Source: Balanoglossus misakiensis
Lineage: Eukaryota; Animalia; Hemichordata
Assembly: GCA_040954595.2 (NCBI GenBank)
Contig: CM082589.2
Coordinates: 7,623,186 to 7,687,185, forward strand
DNA length: 64,000 nucleotides
Reading direction: 5' to 3'
In this document: positions 1-11,606 of the stretch, piece after piece
Layout: every line of letters starts with the position of its first letter
Numbering within the stretch: position 1 is the stretch's first letter
The notes under the pieces: generated by a model
Told to the model about the DNA's origin: nothing
Seen by the model: the letters and a program-made list of their open reading frames with translations, nothing else
The model's database searches: none
Made by a program: the position numbers and the translations under genes

Positions 1-349
1 TTTAGAATACAAAATTAAAGGTACAACAGTCATACTTTGGTGTGTTTTTCCCCAGAATGCACTATTTAAAGCCATACAAATTCAGTTTCTTTCTTTCTTT
101 TAAAGATACCGCATACAAAACGGACACTTTGAGGAATTATTATTTTCTGTCAGTTATTCCTAACCCTCAAAAGTATGGTACATACAGTTTTCTTGGAGTC
201 ATGATATTGTGGAACCAATCATGTACAGTGGACAACAATTAATTATGCAGTGGTTATGAGGCTACAGTAGCAAGCAATGTATTTTGCATCAATAGTAGAT
301 TGAAATTAGGTGAAGAAAGACCTTTTTTGTTAGACAACACCCTTCATAA

Positions 350-667
350 GGCAAAAAGAAACAAAAGAAATGTTTCTGGTCAGGCCTTTCTTTAAAAATG
401 GTGCAGCGACACGAATCCCCCCCCCCCTCCCCCTCCCCCTCAAGGGAGGAAGGACGTTCAGTTTTGTAGTTTTATCAATATAGTCACATGTATACTGTTC
501 ATGCAGTCACTGATCACGCACCCCAAAGTGTCCAGTGATTTATATCTAGTTGAAGCAGTTTCCGAGTTTTCTGTGGATGCCACCACAAAACGAGAAAAAA
601 AGGGTGACGCACTGTTATTTAAGTGACGCGTGCACAGACCAGAAACATTTCTTTCTTTTTTTTGGCC
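350..667. mobile_element. MITE, PIF/Harbinger-like
   Basis: Terminal inverted repeats GGC(C)AAAAA..AAGAAATGTTTCTGGTC / GACCAGAAACATTTCTT..TTTTTGGCC flanked by TAA on both sides. Confidence 0.7.
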
Positions 668-693
668 TAACATGCAAATAGAACACTACTTAC

Positions 694-3600
694 CTCAAAG
701 ATAGACCTGTATTCTGACAGTACCAACTTGTCAATTTGGGGGAAGTTGACTTTACCCAATGCTTCAGCCAGGACAGATACAAACGTCACAGCTTTTCCAA
801 CTGAACTGACTGCAACTTGATCACATTGATCAACACCAGCTTTGGCATTAGCTATTAACACATTCGAGACGTGATTTAAGTACTGACGAAAGAAAAAAAA
901 TTGAGAAATTCAAGTAAATATGTTTGCAAAAAATAAATATTGTGTTTGGAAAAATGATAGCCACACACAATATATAACAAAACTACACAGTTTGATTTTG
1001 CCAAGTTGGTTATGGCCATAAATTAGTCATAAGGCCAAACAAAAAATATGTGCTGTTCTGATTACATGGTTTTCAAAAATAGGGTAGGTAGGAGTAAAGA
1101 CACGTTTTATTGGCTGAAATTGGTCACATTGTCTGATGTCAACCAATCAGAAATTTGTTTATATTGTTTACAGAGCACATTTTCCACTATGTGACTGATA
1201 GTGTTGAGAAGTACTATCAAATGTGGAGATGTCTCAAATTTACAGAGTTAAACAATTTGTTATTTTTGCTTATTGTCAAATTTCTGGGTTGAAATTTTTT
1301 CTCTGCATAAAAAGAGGTGGCCAAATAACAGTAGTCGAATCACTGAAAAAATTATGGAAAATATATTCTCTCAAATACTGACTACAACTCAAGGACAACT
1401 CAACAAATTATATCTCCCAGAGAACTGAAATTCTTTTCTGAGAACCCTTACTGTGGCATCCTGGTGCATACAGTGGAATTGTGATTCAACTGGTGCCTGT
1501 TTATTGTGGATAAAACTATAAATGATAATAGGGTGATAAAAAATCATTTACTTACACATACACTGTGTACCCACGGTTCTGGTTCCGGAATAGTTTCATT
1601 TACATATCTCTTCTTCATCCACTTAACCATGTCAACCTTAAATTAAAAGAATGTCATATCGCATAGGTAAAAATCAAGAATTCTGATGAAATTTGGTGTA
1701 GACAAAACCACATGTACATAGCAATATACAAATTTATACATATTTATAGTTGTTTGTGACAATACACTACCCGGAGTTGACTCTATGGCAGTCGCTGTGC
1801 CTGTCAATAGGGAATGGAACTTTTATACTGCGTAAGATACGCCACCAGGCAAAGCGACTGTATATGTTTCTGTACTCTACATGTGGTATGTTGAACACCT
1901 ATTTCCTGGCCATGAGCCGTTACCCCCGAGGGGATGTGAGTTACCAGAATCACATGCTATTTCCCTAGTCCATAGTATACTTACACTGTTACATATGGCT
2001 GGGTTGATGAGGAAGGCCCTCAAACACAGCAGGAAGAACTTGTCTTCCTCAATTGGTTGACCATCTAAAGACAGGAAAAAATGATACATGATTTGTTGCA
2101 AGTCCAAAAATTGGATAACTCTATCAGTTTCATAATACATAGCGGACTGCCCATCGTTGGACTCTGGCAACCAAAAAGCTTACACTTTTTCACTGATAAT
2201 ACATTACACATTGCAGGGTAATACTTTTGTATCTTTTGCATAGCAAACACCATTTCAAAGCGGTTCTAGACAATGCAAACCGGATAAAGGTGTAATTACA
2301 AACAATTCTGATGAATAGTTTGCTACATGTACACTGAGATTTGAATGAAATTGATATTACTCAAACCTTTTGTTGCTGTCGCCCCATCCAATACAGCCTC
2401 TCCACACATGTACTTAAGTATAGGGAGCAGAGACACTGCTGAGATGGAAGCCAAGATAGACGCGGAATTCTTGGCAGAGGTTGTCTTTCGGCCTACTGGG
2501 ATTCTTTGTAGCAGAGTTTTACAGGCCTCTTCAAACTTTCCCATTTGGATGAAATACATAGGTAATTTACTCTGCAGTTCACTGAGAAATAAAAAGCTGG
2601 TATAAATTATACACATAGCTACATGTACAATGCAAAAGACTTATTCCTCAAAGGAAAGCTCCATTGCTGATCTTTAGAGGCCCAACCTTACCATAGAAAA
2701 CAATGGGTTTAGACTGAACCATGGTGGTAAAAGGGTAATAAAAGTAAAGGACACAAAGTTAGTCAACTATAACTACGTCATTACTGACATGTCCACCTCA
2801 TTCTGACAGTTCATTGTAAAAATAATTATACAAATTCCAACTTGTGTCACTCACAAGCTTCAACTGATACCAAATGCCAATAGGTAATCACTTTCCATGC
2901 AGCAATGAAAATGCATGTAATTTTGTTATACACAGTGTGCAGACAAGCTCAATGTATTATTTTGATTTGATTTCAAAGCAAAAAAAAAAAAATTCAACTC
3001 TGGAAACAGATAAGTACGAAAATTGTTGAATAGATTATTAGCTCTAATTTGAAACTTGATACATTTCCAGTGCAACAGAGGCCTTTCATCTTTTCAACTG
3101 TGCAGAATTGAAAATATTCTGGAATTATCAAAGTTACATAGAAATCCCCATATCAAAAAGCAAACCCATCAAAGCTCTGTAGAACGATGCAAATCAAAAG
3201 AAATGAGATTTCACTTACAGTTCTTCACTGACAAGAGCAGAAGAATTATGAAGTGATGACGATATAAAATGTGTCACCTTGAGATAACGTATTGCCTGTT
3301 GCCATCTGAAATGGAATTTTATTGTCAATGTCAATAAAATGGTCCCAGCCTAAACCATGTATGTCATGTTTTTCAAGTTTAACAAGTCATTGTTGATTAC
3401 TACTAGATTATTAGGCAATGATTGTTGGAAATCATGATGAAACTAAACTGGTCAATCTCTATAAAATGGCTGAAAATGTTTTTCACAAACCTTTTACCCT
3501 GGTACCTACATAGAGCACAATCATTGACAAAGACTTGGCATATATCAAGACTTGAATAATTACCAAGATAGACAGCGGGCCAGATACAGTCCAATCCCTT

Positions 3601-6600
3601 TACAGTCAAACCTGCCTATAGTGGCCAGTCAAGGGACTTTCCTAAACTGGCCTTTATCGACAGGTGGCCTTTATAGACAGGTCAGCTAATGTAAATTGCA
3701 CAGGGACTGTAAGTAACAAAGTGACAGCTATATAGAGGTGGCCACTCTATAGAGGTGGCCACTAACACAGGTTTGACTGTAGTTGCCACACAGTTTACTT
3801 CTGACTAAATTCTCTATCAACTTACTTTTTCTTTTGTTCCAAAATTTCAATTCTCTTTTTGGCTACTGGGATAGTTTCTTTCAAGATATTACTCCCTTTT
3901 TTACCAGTGATATTCTGTCCATGAAGTACAGTAGATAAGAGACTATCATCCCAATGTTGCATAGTCAATGAAGTAAAACTGAAAGAAAGTAGGAGAATCT
4001 AAGTTGTATACATGTTGCATCTGATTGACTCTTTTCCTGAAGACTGAACTAGAGAATATATTTGCATTTTTTTAAATGTTTACAGCCTTTAAAGAGATGT
4101 TTTGGAAACCTGTCTCATCACTTGATAAATTAAAGTCACACTTTTCCAACAGGGTATATCAGAAGAAAAGCAATGACATTAAAAAACATAAATTCATTGT
4201 GCAAAAAGACTAATTCATAGCATATACAGTACATGTACTTACCAACGCCAATCCAGGTATCTAGCTGCTTGGAATGTAGACTTCATACGGGGAAGGACTT
4301 TTTGACGCAAGTATCTTGGCAATGAATCTTGCAGGAACAAATCAACCAGCAGCAAGTCAATATACTGGAAGAGTCCTTCTTTACCTTCATTAATATAAAC
4401 CACGCTTCCATTCCTATTTTGCAAATTAATATAACAATCAGAAAAATAACATTAGATGTGGGATTTACCATATAGGGAAAATGCATGATTCACTATGATG
4501 ACACTAAGACACCAAAGTCAGCATATTCTTTGTTTTGCCTACCCGCAAATATGTATTTTGAGTTTTCATGAAATACAAACAGTCAAACTTACCTGTCACG
4601 GACCATTTGTTTGACATTGAGTGTAACATCTAGCAACATATCTAAAAGTATGAAAGCTGTGACGGCACTGCCCTCACCAACAGCTGTAGAAGCGTCTGCT
4701 ACGGCCTTCATTAATGCCTTCTTCACAAACTCAAACCTGAATAATAATCAATAAATAATTACCATAATATCAATATTAGCACTAATTATCACACACAAGA
4801 CCTGATAACAACCAACAACTCAACATGCATCAACATATGACATTAAAGGACTAAGTCTCTCTCTCACTGCCCTTTTACCATTAATTATGTTTGATACGTT
4901 TATATTATTCTACAAGTGGATAGTGAATCAATGTTCCACCACACACAACTTCCATCCCGTTTGTACGATTTGAGAGTAAAAATCTCGCCAAAATGAATAA
5001 ATGGTACAGTGTAAACACCAATTATTCATTTTGGCGAGTTTTTCACTCTTGTGTCTACAAGCGGGATGGAAGGTGTGTGTGGTTGAATGTTCATTCACTG
5101 TATATCCACATGTACATTAACATAAACGGTGACTTGTATCAAACATAATTAATGAAAAAAGGGTAGCGAGAGAGACACTTTGTCCCTTTAACCTGGCATA
5201 TTAAATATTTGCGATCATACCCATCCATATTCCAAAGTTCACGATGGGTCATATATACAGTATTTCCATGGCCAGTTGTAAAGACAGTCAGTCATAAAAC
5301 GAAACAATCAACAAAAGTTAAACATACAGAGCAAAGTCAAGTCTGTGAAACTCAGGACTTCTGGCATTACTTACTCATCCACGATGAGTCTTGAATTGCA
5401 TCGAAATGTTTCTTGAATACATACTGTACAATTATCCGGAGATTCATTGATGTAACCACTGTGACATATACAACTACAATGTGGACGTCCTTCATTCCTC
5501 ACTTTGTATTCCTCATATCTCCCTTTGATGTACTGTCGAGTTTCTTCTGCTCTTCCAGCTGTAAGCAATGAATAAAAAATGTGTTTACTTTTACCAAGTC
5601 AGTTGAAACTGGTTTGATTTCCAGGGTGCCTAGAATCCCAGCTTCCAGGCCGGTTAGACTGCCAAGTACGTGTTAATCAGTAGGGCCTATACAAGACCCT
5701 CAGACCAATACAGTGCAAACCAGTGCGATTTGGTACATTTCAGATTCAGACTGCCAAGTGTGTCTAAGTACATATGAGAGCCATGTCAAGACAATCAAAA
5801 TACGTCTTAGAAGAAAAAGTGGCAAATATGTATTTTAAGGGACTTGACACTCTAAACAGGTATGACACCAAGTAGCATTAGGGTTAATCAGAATTGATAC
5901 AACTGTTTTTATCCTGGTTGGGTGGTCACTTTAACACTAATGCTACTGGGTGTCAATAACATCTGAGTCTGCAAATTTTATAAAGTATGCAGAATAAAAA
6001 GGTATTAACATTCTCCTACCTGTAGCATTCACCAAAATGTGCATTGTAGCCATTAATTAAGGACAGGTTATGTGACAGTGAATACTGTAAAACACTTTAT
6101 TTTCGCGAGTTGAAATTTTTGCGATATCAAGAGAGGCCACTGTTTCGCGAGTATTAATTTTCACGTTCTCTTTTTTCATTCACTGCATCGTTATCTTCAA
6201 AAAAATTACGTGACTTTTTAGTTTCACGCTATTTTGGCTCTCAGGTATTTCGCGAACATTTATTGCTCGCGTAAATAAATTGTTTTACAGTACTTTCTCT
6301 GAGCAATGAATTCACACAAATGTCAAAGTAACAAAGCTTCACTAACCTGCATCTCTGATTTCTTGAGTTGTCTCTTCCAAGGTCAATATCATAAGCAATT
6401 TATTTTTAGAGGAATTGCGACTAAACTGCCACTCTACAGCCTTTCGATGAGCATTGCAATGTGCCCCAATGTCAACTTTCCATCTAGTGCACTGAAAAAA
6501 GTAACATTGTAATACGCAAAATTACAAAGAGGTTTGTTATTATTTTGATTGTGCATTGACAAGTGCAAAAGCTGGAAAGCACCTTCTCACACTCCTGGCA

Positions 6601-9093
6601 CGCTGGGAGTGTGAGAACAGAGTGTGAGAACAAATTGTTCTCACAGTCTTACTGAATCGAAAGCTGTATATGACGCGAGCGCTGATTGGTTGACAAAGCG
6701 TTCTTTCGCTATGCGCACTAAATGTTATCCAATGGCGCGATGTGTATTACAGGCACAGAACTACAACGTGCCCCCAGACGACAGTTCCAGAGTCATTTGT
6801 TCAATGTTTTTTAACGAATTTGGCTGTAAAAGTTAAAACAGTGAAAACTCAGCTAAGGTATTTCATTTTCAACATGATTTGGTAATACATGTAGACAAAA
6901 AAAAATCTGCTGCTAAAACAGAAATATGTACATGTACTGTACATGTACTGCTAAAACATTTATAATAAAGTTTGAAAGTCAGCCAGATGGAGAAATTAAT
7001 TTGTCTTACCCTGATAGCAGGAATATCACATATGTAGCAGTAACAGTAATCACAATGGATTAGATTTTTGGAAATCGGTCCAAGTGATGAGTTTGTGGTT
7101 GCTCTGAAAACAATCAATGCATTAGTAGTTAATATATTTACATGTATATACTGTTTGAAACCTACACTGTAGCTGTTTACAAAATTTCTCAACCTTGCAA
7201 ATATTTCAATGTTTCATTTAAAATGTCAGTGTTGAAACTAGTCTTTCCAAAAAATTATAAAACAGCCTTGTTCCAGAGTACAGTACTTCAGACTGCATGA
7301 CCATCTTTGTAACTTTCTCCAAAATAAATGAACACTAGAATATTTTGCTGCAGCATAGAGATTTAGCTAGCTTTGCCTGCATTACAGAATATAATGAAAC
7401 AGATTCAGACCATTTTTAATCAAAAAAGCTGCAAAGATCATAATATTTGTGCAGAATAATATTTCATGTTTAGAATGTGTGTACTTACTCAAATGGATAA
7501 ACACTACAATCAGCTCTTGCATGTGGGTATGTGACAGTCACTGCAGGTTTAGTGAAAGTGATTTCAATGTCTTCATCCACTTTCTCTGATGTTACTGAAG
7601 GATGATTGATTATGGGATTACCTTCAATCTCTGTCACATCTGTTTATGTAAAAATTATAATAGTGATGACATTAGCAATTCAGCGTATGTCTGCCTTAAA
7701 AGGGACAAAGTCTCTCTCTCGCTGCCCTTTTTCAATTATTTATGTTTGATACAAGACACTGTTATTCTACATGTGGGTATATAGTGAATCAACATTCAAC
7801 CACATACAACTTCCATCACGTTTGTAGGACATGAGAATAATAAATCTTACCAAAATGAATAAATGGTAAACACGTATTATTCATTTTGGCGAGTTTTTCA
7901 CTCTCGTGTCCCTTTAAGAAAGTAATTTCTTCTAATACAAGATGAAACCTGTCAAACTATGGACATGTGAGACGAACAAGAACTTTCAAATTAATATTAT
8001 TAGGTCAATCCACCCATCAGTCATCATTAGCATTGCTTGCATCATCATGAAAGCTACATGTAGCTGGGTAGCAATGTGGTCATCCAACCTACACAGTCAC
8101 CATTCATTGCAGTGGCTATCTGGTAGTAACAAGTAATGATTTTATGGCTACGACACTAGGATTACATGTACAAACTTTGTCATTATAAAAAGAAATGCTA
8201 CATTATATTAATTGCCATGAAATGTGGGCATCCAAGCTATAAATTGCCACCATTCTTAGGCTCTCTAATAACAGACAATGATATTACAACACAGAGATTA
8301 GCAACTTTGTCATCAAGAAAATTGTACGGGTACAGACAAATAAATGGCTTGAACGATACCTTTTGAAATGTTGCCACTAACAATCAAACAATCGTCATCA
8401 CTCTCATCATCAATGACGATGACATCATTCACATGTCTCGTTGACCAAACACAAGCTTGCACTGAATTACCAGTGTTATCTCCTGGGAATGGCTTGACCT
8501 GCAATGACCAGAAACACAAAACCAGAAATGAATGAACTTTCAGAGCACACATGTCTGTGCTTTCACTAGCATTCAAAAACTACAAAATGGGAGGGGGAAT
8601 AATGACTGTGAGACAAGGATTTTGTGTTTAATTTAAAAAGACATCAATCAGATCCAATATAATCAATATCAACATCATTCAAATTACATAGATTTCAGCA
8701 ATAAGTTGCCAGGGCTCAAATAATCTGAGGATATTTGGTCTGTGTCCATGGAATCACAGAAAGATATTAAGCAAAATTATACAAAATTATATTCAACTAG
8801 ACAGGGGATAGTGTGATTCACCCCCTGTTGACTGTTGGCATCCCTACCAGCAACAAGCATTCACATACTGGAGATATTACAGTCCCCCTTGCCAGAGTGG
8901 GATTTCCCCAAATATTCTGGCAAAGTGGGGAACAATCCCCCCTCCCCCCCTCCTGTTGATGCCACGCTGTATGGAACATTGCATGAACAATTTAATGTTT
9001 CATTCGTACCGGATCCTTGAACTTGAAGCTTGACTCCGGATCCTTGAACTTGAAGCTTGACTCCGGATCCTTGAAATTGAAGTTGGACGCCAT
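694..9093 (-). CDS. Multi-exon gene for an uncharacterised Cys/His-domain protein (zgc:112980-like / plant RIN13-like motif) with N-terminal SIM-like motifs; 3' end not resolved in this window
   Basis: Hand-assembled GT-AG exons with consistent phases: 9093-9010 (ATG in gccATGgcg), 8498-8360, 7639-7489, 7103-7010, 6491-6347, 5558-5375, 4736-4593, 4413-4243, 3978-3826, 3305-3219, 2581-2367, 2064-1985, 1636-1556, possibly 1496-1452, 882-694. Translation contains DVIVIDDESDDDCLIV, EITF..PHARADC..PF, CDYCYCYICDIPAIRCTRW..HCNAHRK and WDDSLLSTVLHGQNITG. Family assignment is from motif recall, not a search. Confidence 0.8.
1030..1092. mobile_element. Terminal fragment of a Harbinger-like MITE family
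   Basis: TAAGGCCAAACAAAAAATATGTGCTGTTCTGATTAC matches the reverse complement of 61278-61310; both copies have a nearby TAGGGTAGGT. Confidence 0.5.
3603..3779. mobile_element. Tc1/mariner-pogo-type MITE
   Basis: TA|CAGTCAAACCTG ... CAGGTTTGACTG|TA with internal AGGTGGCC repeats. Confidence 0.8.
4847..5187. mobile_element. Foldback (whole-length palindromic) MITE with TTAA target site, Kolobok-like ends
   Basis: TTAA|AGG...CCT|TTAA; the left and right halves are imperfect reverse complements around a centre near 5010 (CTCGCCAAAATGAATAA / TTATTCATTTTGGCGAG). Confidence 0.75.
6085..6290. mobile_element. TA-flanked MITE
   Basis: TA|CTGTAAAACA ... TGTTTTACAG|TA with internal TTTCGCGA repeats. 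Confidence 0.75.
7700..7913. mobile_element. Internally deleted copy of the 4847-5187 foldback MITE family
   Basis: Same left arm and centre as 4847-5187; the right arm jumps from TTTCACTCTCGTGTC directly to the terminal CCT|TTAA. Confidence 0.75.
9010..9078 (-). repeat. 27-bp coding tandem repeat (~2.5-3 copies) encoding (ESSFKFKDP)n
   Basis: CAAGGATCCGGAGTCAAGCTTCAAGTT repeated on the minus strand inside the first coding exon. Confidence 0.9.
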
Positions 9094-9980
9094 GGCAGAT
9101 CTGCTCTAAGTCTAAATACTCCTCTTCAACTAATTCCATAAGAACTTAGAAGATAACAAAAATGAACATGGATTAACCATCAATCGCCTTGGATCATATC
9201 ACAAAACAAATACACCTCTATTTCAATGTGCTAAACCTCTACATGTGGCTATAGGTGGTAATTAATTAAAATGAGTGTAATATATGCAAAACCTTTTAGA
9301 GGGGATGTTAGTATAGTGTAGCAAACCTGGTATGTGAGATGGATGCACACTAAAGTTGAAGTGCCAGCAGAGAAACAAAAGGCGGTACATGTAAATTTGG
9401 CTGTCCTGTGTTCGATATAATTGTCATAATTTATGCAAAGAAAACAATTATTTAATGAGATATGTATACTGTGTAGCAGGCATATATGTGCATCGGATAT
9501 GGCATGTGAGAATGGTGCACACTCAGGTTGAATTTCCAGCAGAGAAGCATTTCTTACATTTGTTTTATTGGCACAGTGTGTTTATCCCGGAAGTCAACTG
9601 GTTTCATTGGACTGTTTATTTTGCTTTTGTGTTGGCAATTTTTATCTGTCGCGGTGATATTTACAGGGAAATGCCATATTTCCCAATTGCCAACAGCCTA
9701 ATTAAGTTAATTTGTCAGTCTTGTGTCCGAAACCGAAGTTAAAAAGTGGATATCGAGTTTTGTCTGCCCACTTCAGCCGAGTACACGGTCAACTTTTTTG
9801 CATTAGTCAACGGTTTGCAGAGAGGGGGAGATCGTCTAAGCTGTTGGTTTATCGTTTGTAGCCCTCTTACAATAATAAAACACAAACCAAGCATGCAATC
9901 ATCTTTACAGACGCCTTCGGTTGTGGCTGCACATTGGATAAAGCGCACAGAATGCTTAAAATATAGGAAATGACACTTAC

Positions 9981-10130
9981 TAGTACATGCAGGTCTCCAA
10001 GTTGAGCAGCCGTTTTAAACTTCGGATTTACCGCGTGTGGTTATCGTCTGTTTCCGGTAAAGCGCCCTCTTTGGCAATACAACGAAACTGTAGACGAATT
10101 CTATGGCTCGGTGACAAACACCAAAGCATG
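9981..10130 (-). other. Probable non-coding first exon of the minus-strand gene
   Basis: Strong donor (CTA|GTAAGT) at 9980 at the edge of a CpG-richer stretch; acceptor-like CTAAG just upstream of the ATG exon near 9145. The 5' boundary is approximate. Confidence 0.4.
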
Positions 10131-11042
10131 ATACAAGTTACGTGTTGGGTGGTTATAAAGTAAAAACATACTCTGAAAAAAACTTTTACTGGATGCCGAA
10201 ATATTGTTTGCCCGTCACCTGGAAATGACAACGCCGTGGGTCACATGGCCACATCACGTGATTGATAGTAAAGAACACAACTCTACACCCAGTTTGAAGC
10301 ATATGTTAATCGCAAATTTTAAAATCTAAAATATAAAAAAGCAACAGATAGTGGGTGCCAAAGCCCCAGTTGTCATAATTTCAACAAATATATTTGCATA
10401 CGACCCTATCAGAGTGTGACCCACATCGGTCTAGACGCTGCGGATCCAGTAGTTCATTTGCATTTTAACGAATTTTTGGTTTATAGCTCATTTTTCAACG
10501 ACCACGTGATCAAATCAATTCAACTTTGCACTTTCACATCACACGAGGACATTCGGTTTAGTTCATATCTAGGTCGAATATAATTTTACGATTTAGGCTG
10601 TCTCCGATTAGAAAGTTTCACTACCTCCTTGGTGAATTGATGTGTTGTTCAACTTATTTAGGCTGCATTCACAAACACCTCTGGAGGGGGGGGGAGGAGA
10701 ATTGAGGGGGGGGGGGGGATTTGAAAAAATTGAGGGTATGTAAGGGGGGATTTGAAATAATTTAGGGACTGTAAAGGGGGGGGACTTGAAAACTTTGAGG
10801 ACGAAATATTTATTTTGAGTCCACAAAAATGCAGTTTTGAACCCTTCATAATACAAATTTTTCTCATGTGGGAGGGGGAAACCCCCTCCCACCCCCACCC
10901 CCGTCATTCATCTACACCTTTAAATCAGTGACTGGTTTATCTAGTGTCCCAGGTCAGGGGACTTGCCCCCCCCCCCCCCCATGCTAACTTTGAGCGCCGA
11001 AGGTTAACTTTGTCCTCCCCAACATACCGGTAGTTGAGTTAA

Positions 11043-11606
11043 TTAGGGCCCAAGCGCGCACAAGCGCTTGGGCCCTATTGGTTTCGTTGGAATTTTTTAG
11101 GGCCCAAGCGCACGCAAGCGCTTGGGCCCTATTGGTTTCGTTGGAATTTTTAGGGCCCAAGCGCAAGCAAGCGCTTGGGCCCTATTGGTTTCGTCTGGGT
11201 TTTTCTGTCTTTAGGGCCCAAGCGCTTGCTTGCGCTTGGGCCCTATTGGTTTCGTTGGGGTTTTTTAGGGCCCAAGCCAAGCCAGGCTTGGGCCCTATTG
11301 GTTTCGTTGGTATTTTTCAGTCTTTCTTTCTTTCTTTAGGGCCCAAGCGCAAGCAAGCGCTTGGGCCCTATTGGTTTCGTTGGGGTTTTTCTTTAGGGCC
11401 CAAGCGCAAGCCAGCGCTTGGGCCCTATTGGTTTCGTTGGGGTTTTTTACGGGCCCAAGCCAAGCCAGGCTTGGGCCCGTATTGGTTTCGTTGGAATTTT
11501 TAGGGCCCAAGCGCATACCAGCGCTTGGGCCCTATTGGTTTCGTTGGGGTTTTTACGGGCCCAAGCCAAGCCAGGCTTGGGCCCGTATTGGTTTCGTTGG
11601 AATTTT
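11043..11606 (+). repeat. Stack of ten 5' hairpin heads (~52-71 bp period)
   Basis: Hairpins start at 11046, 11100, 11153, 11214, 11268, 11339, 11396, 11451, 11503, 11557, each followed by TATTGGTTTCGT(T/C)..G and a T tract. Confidence 0.95.

Noticed and set aside
1770-1900. Possible extra exon of the left gene (VFNIPHVEY..)
   Set aside because: No convincing phase-compatible donor; the flanking exons join in phase without it.
11043-11606. CRISPR-like array of palindromic repeats
   Set aside because: The intervening sequences are near-constant T-rich tracts, not unique spacers; there are no cas genes; the context is eukaryotic; and the units are the 5' termini of the adjacent elements.
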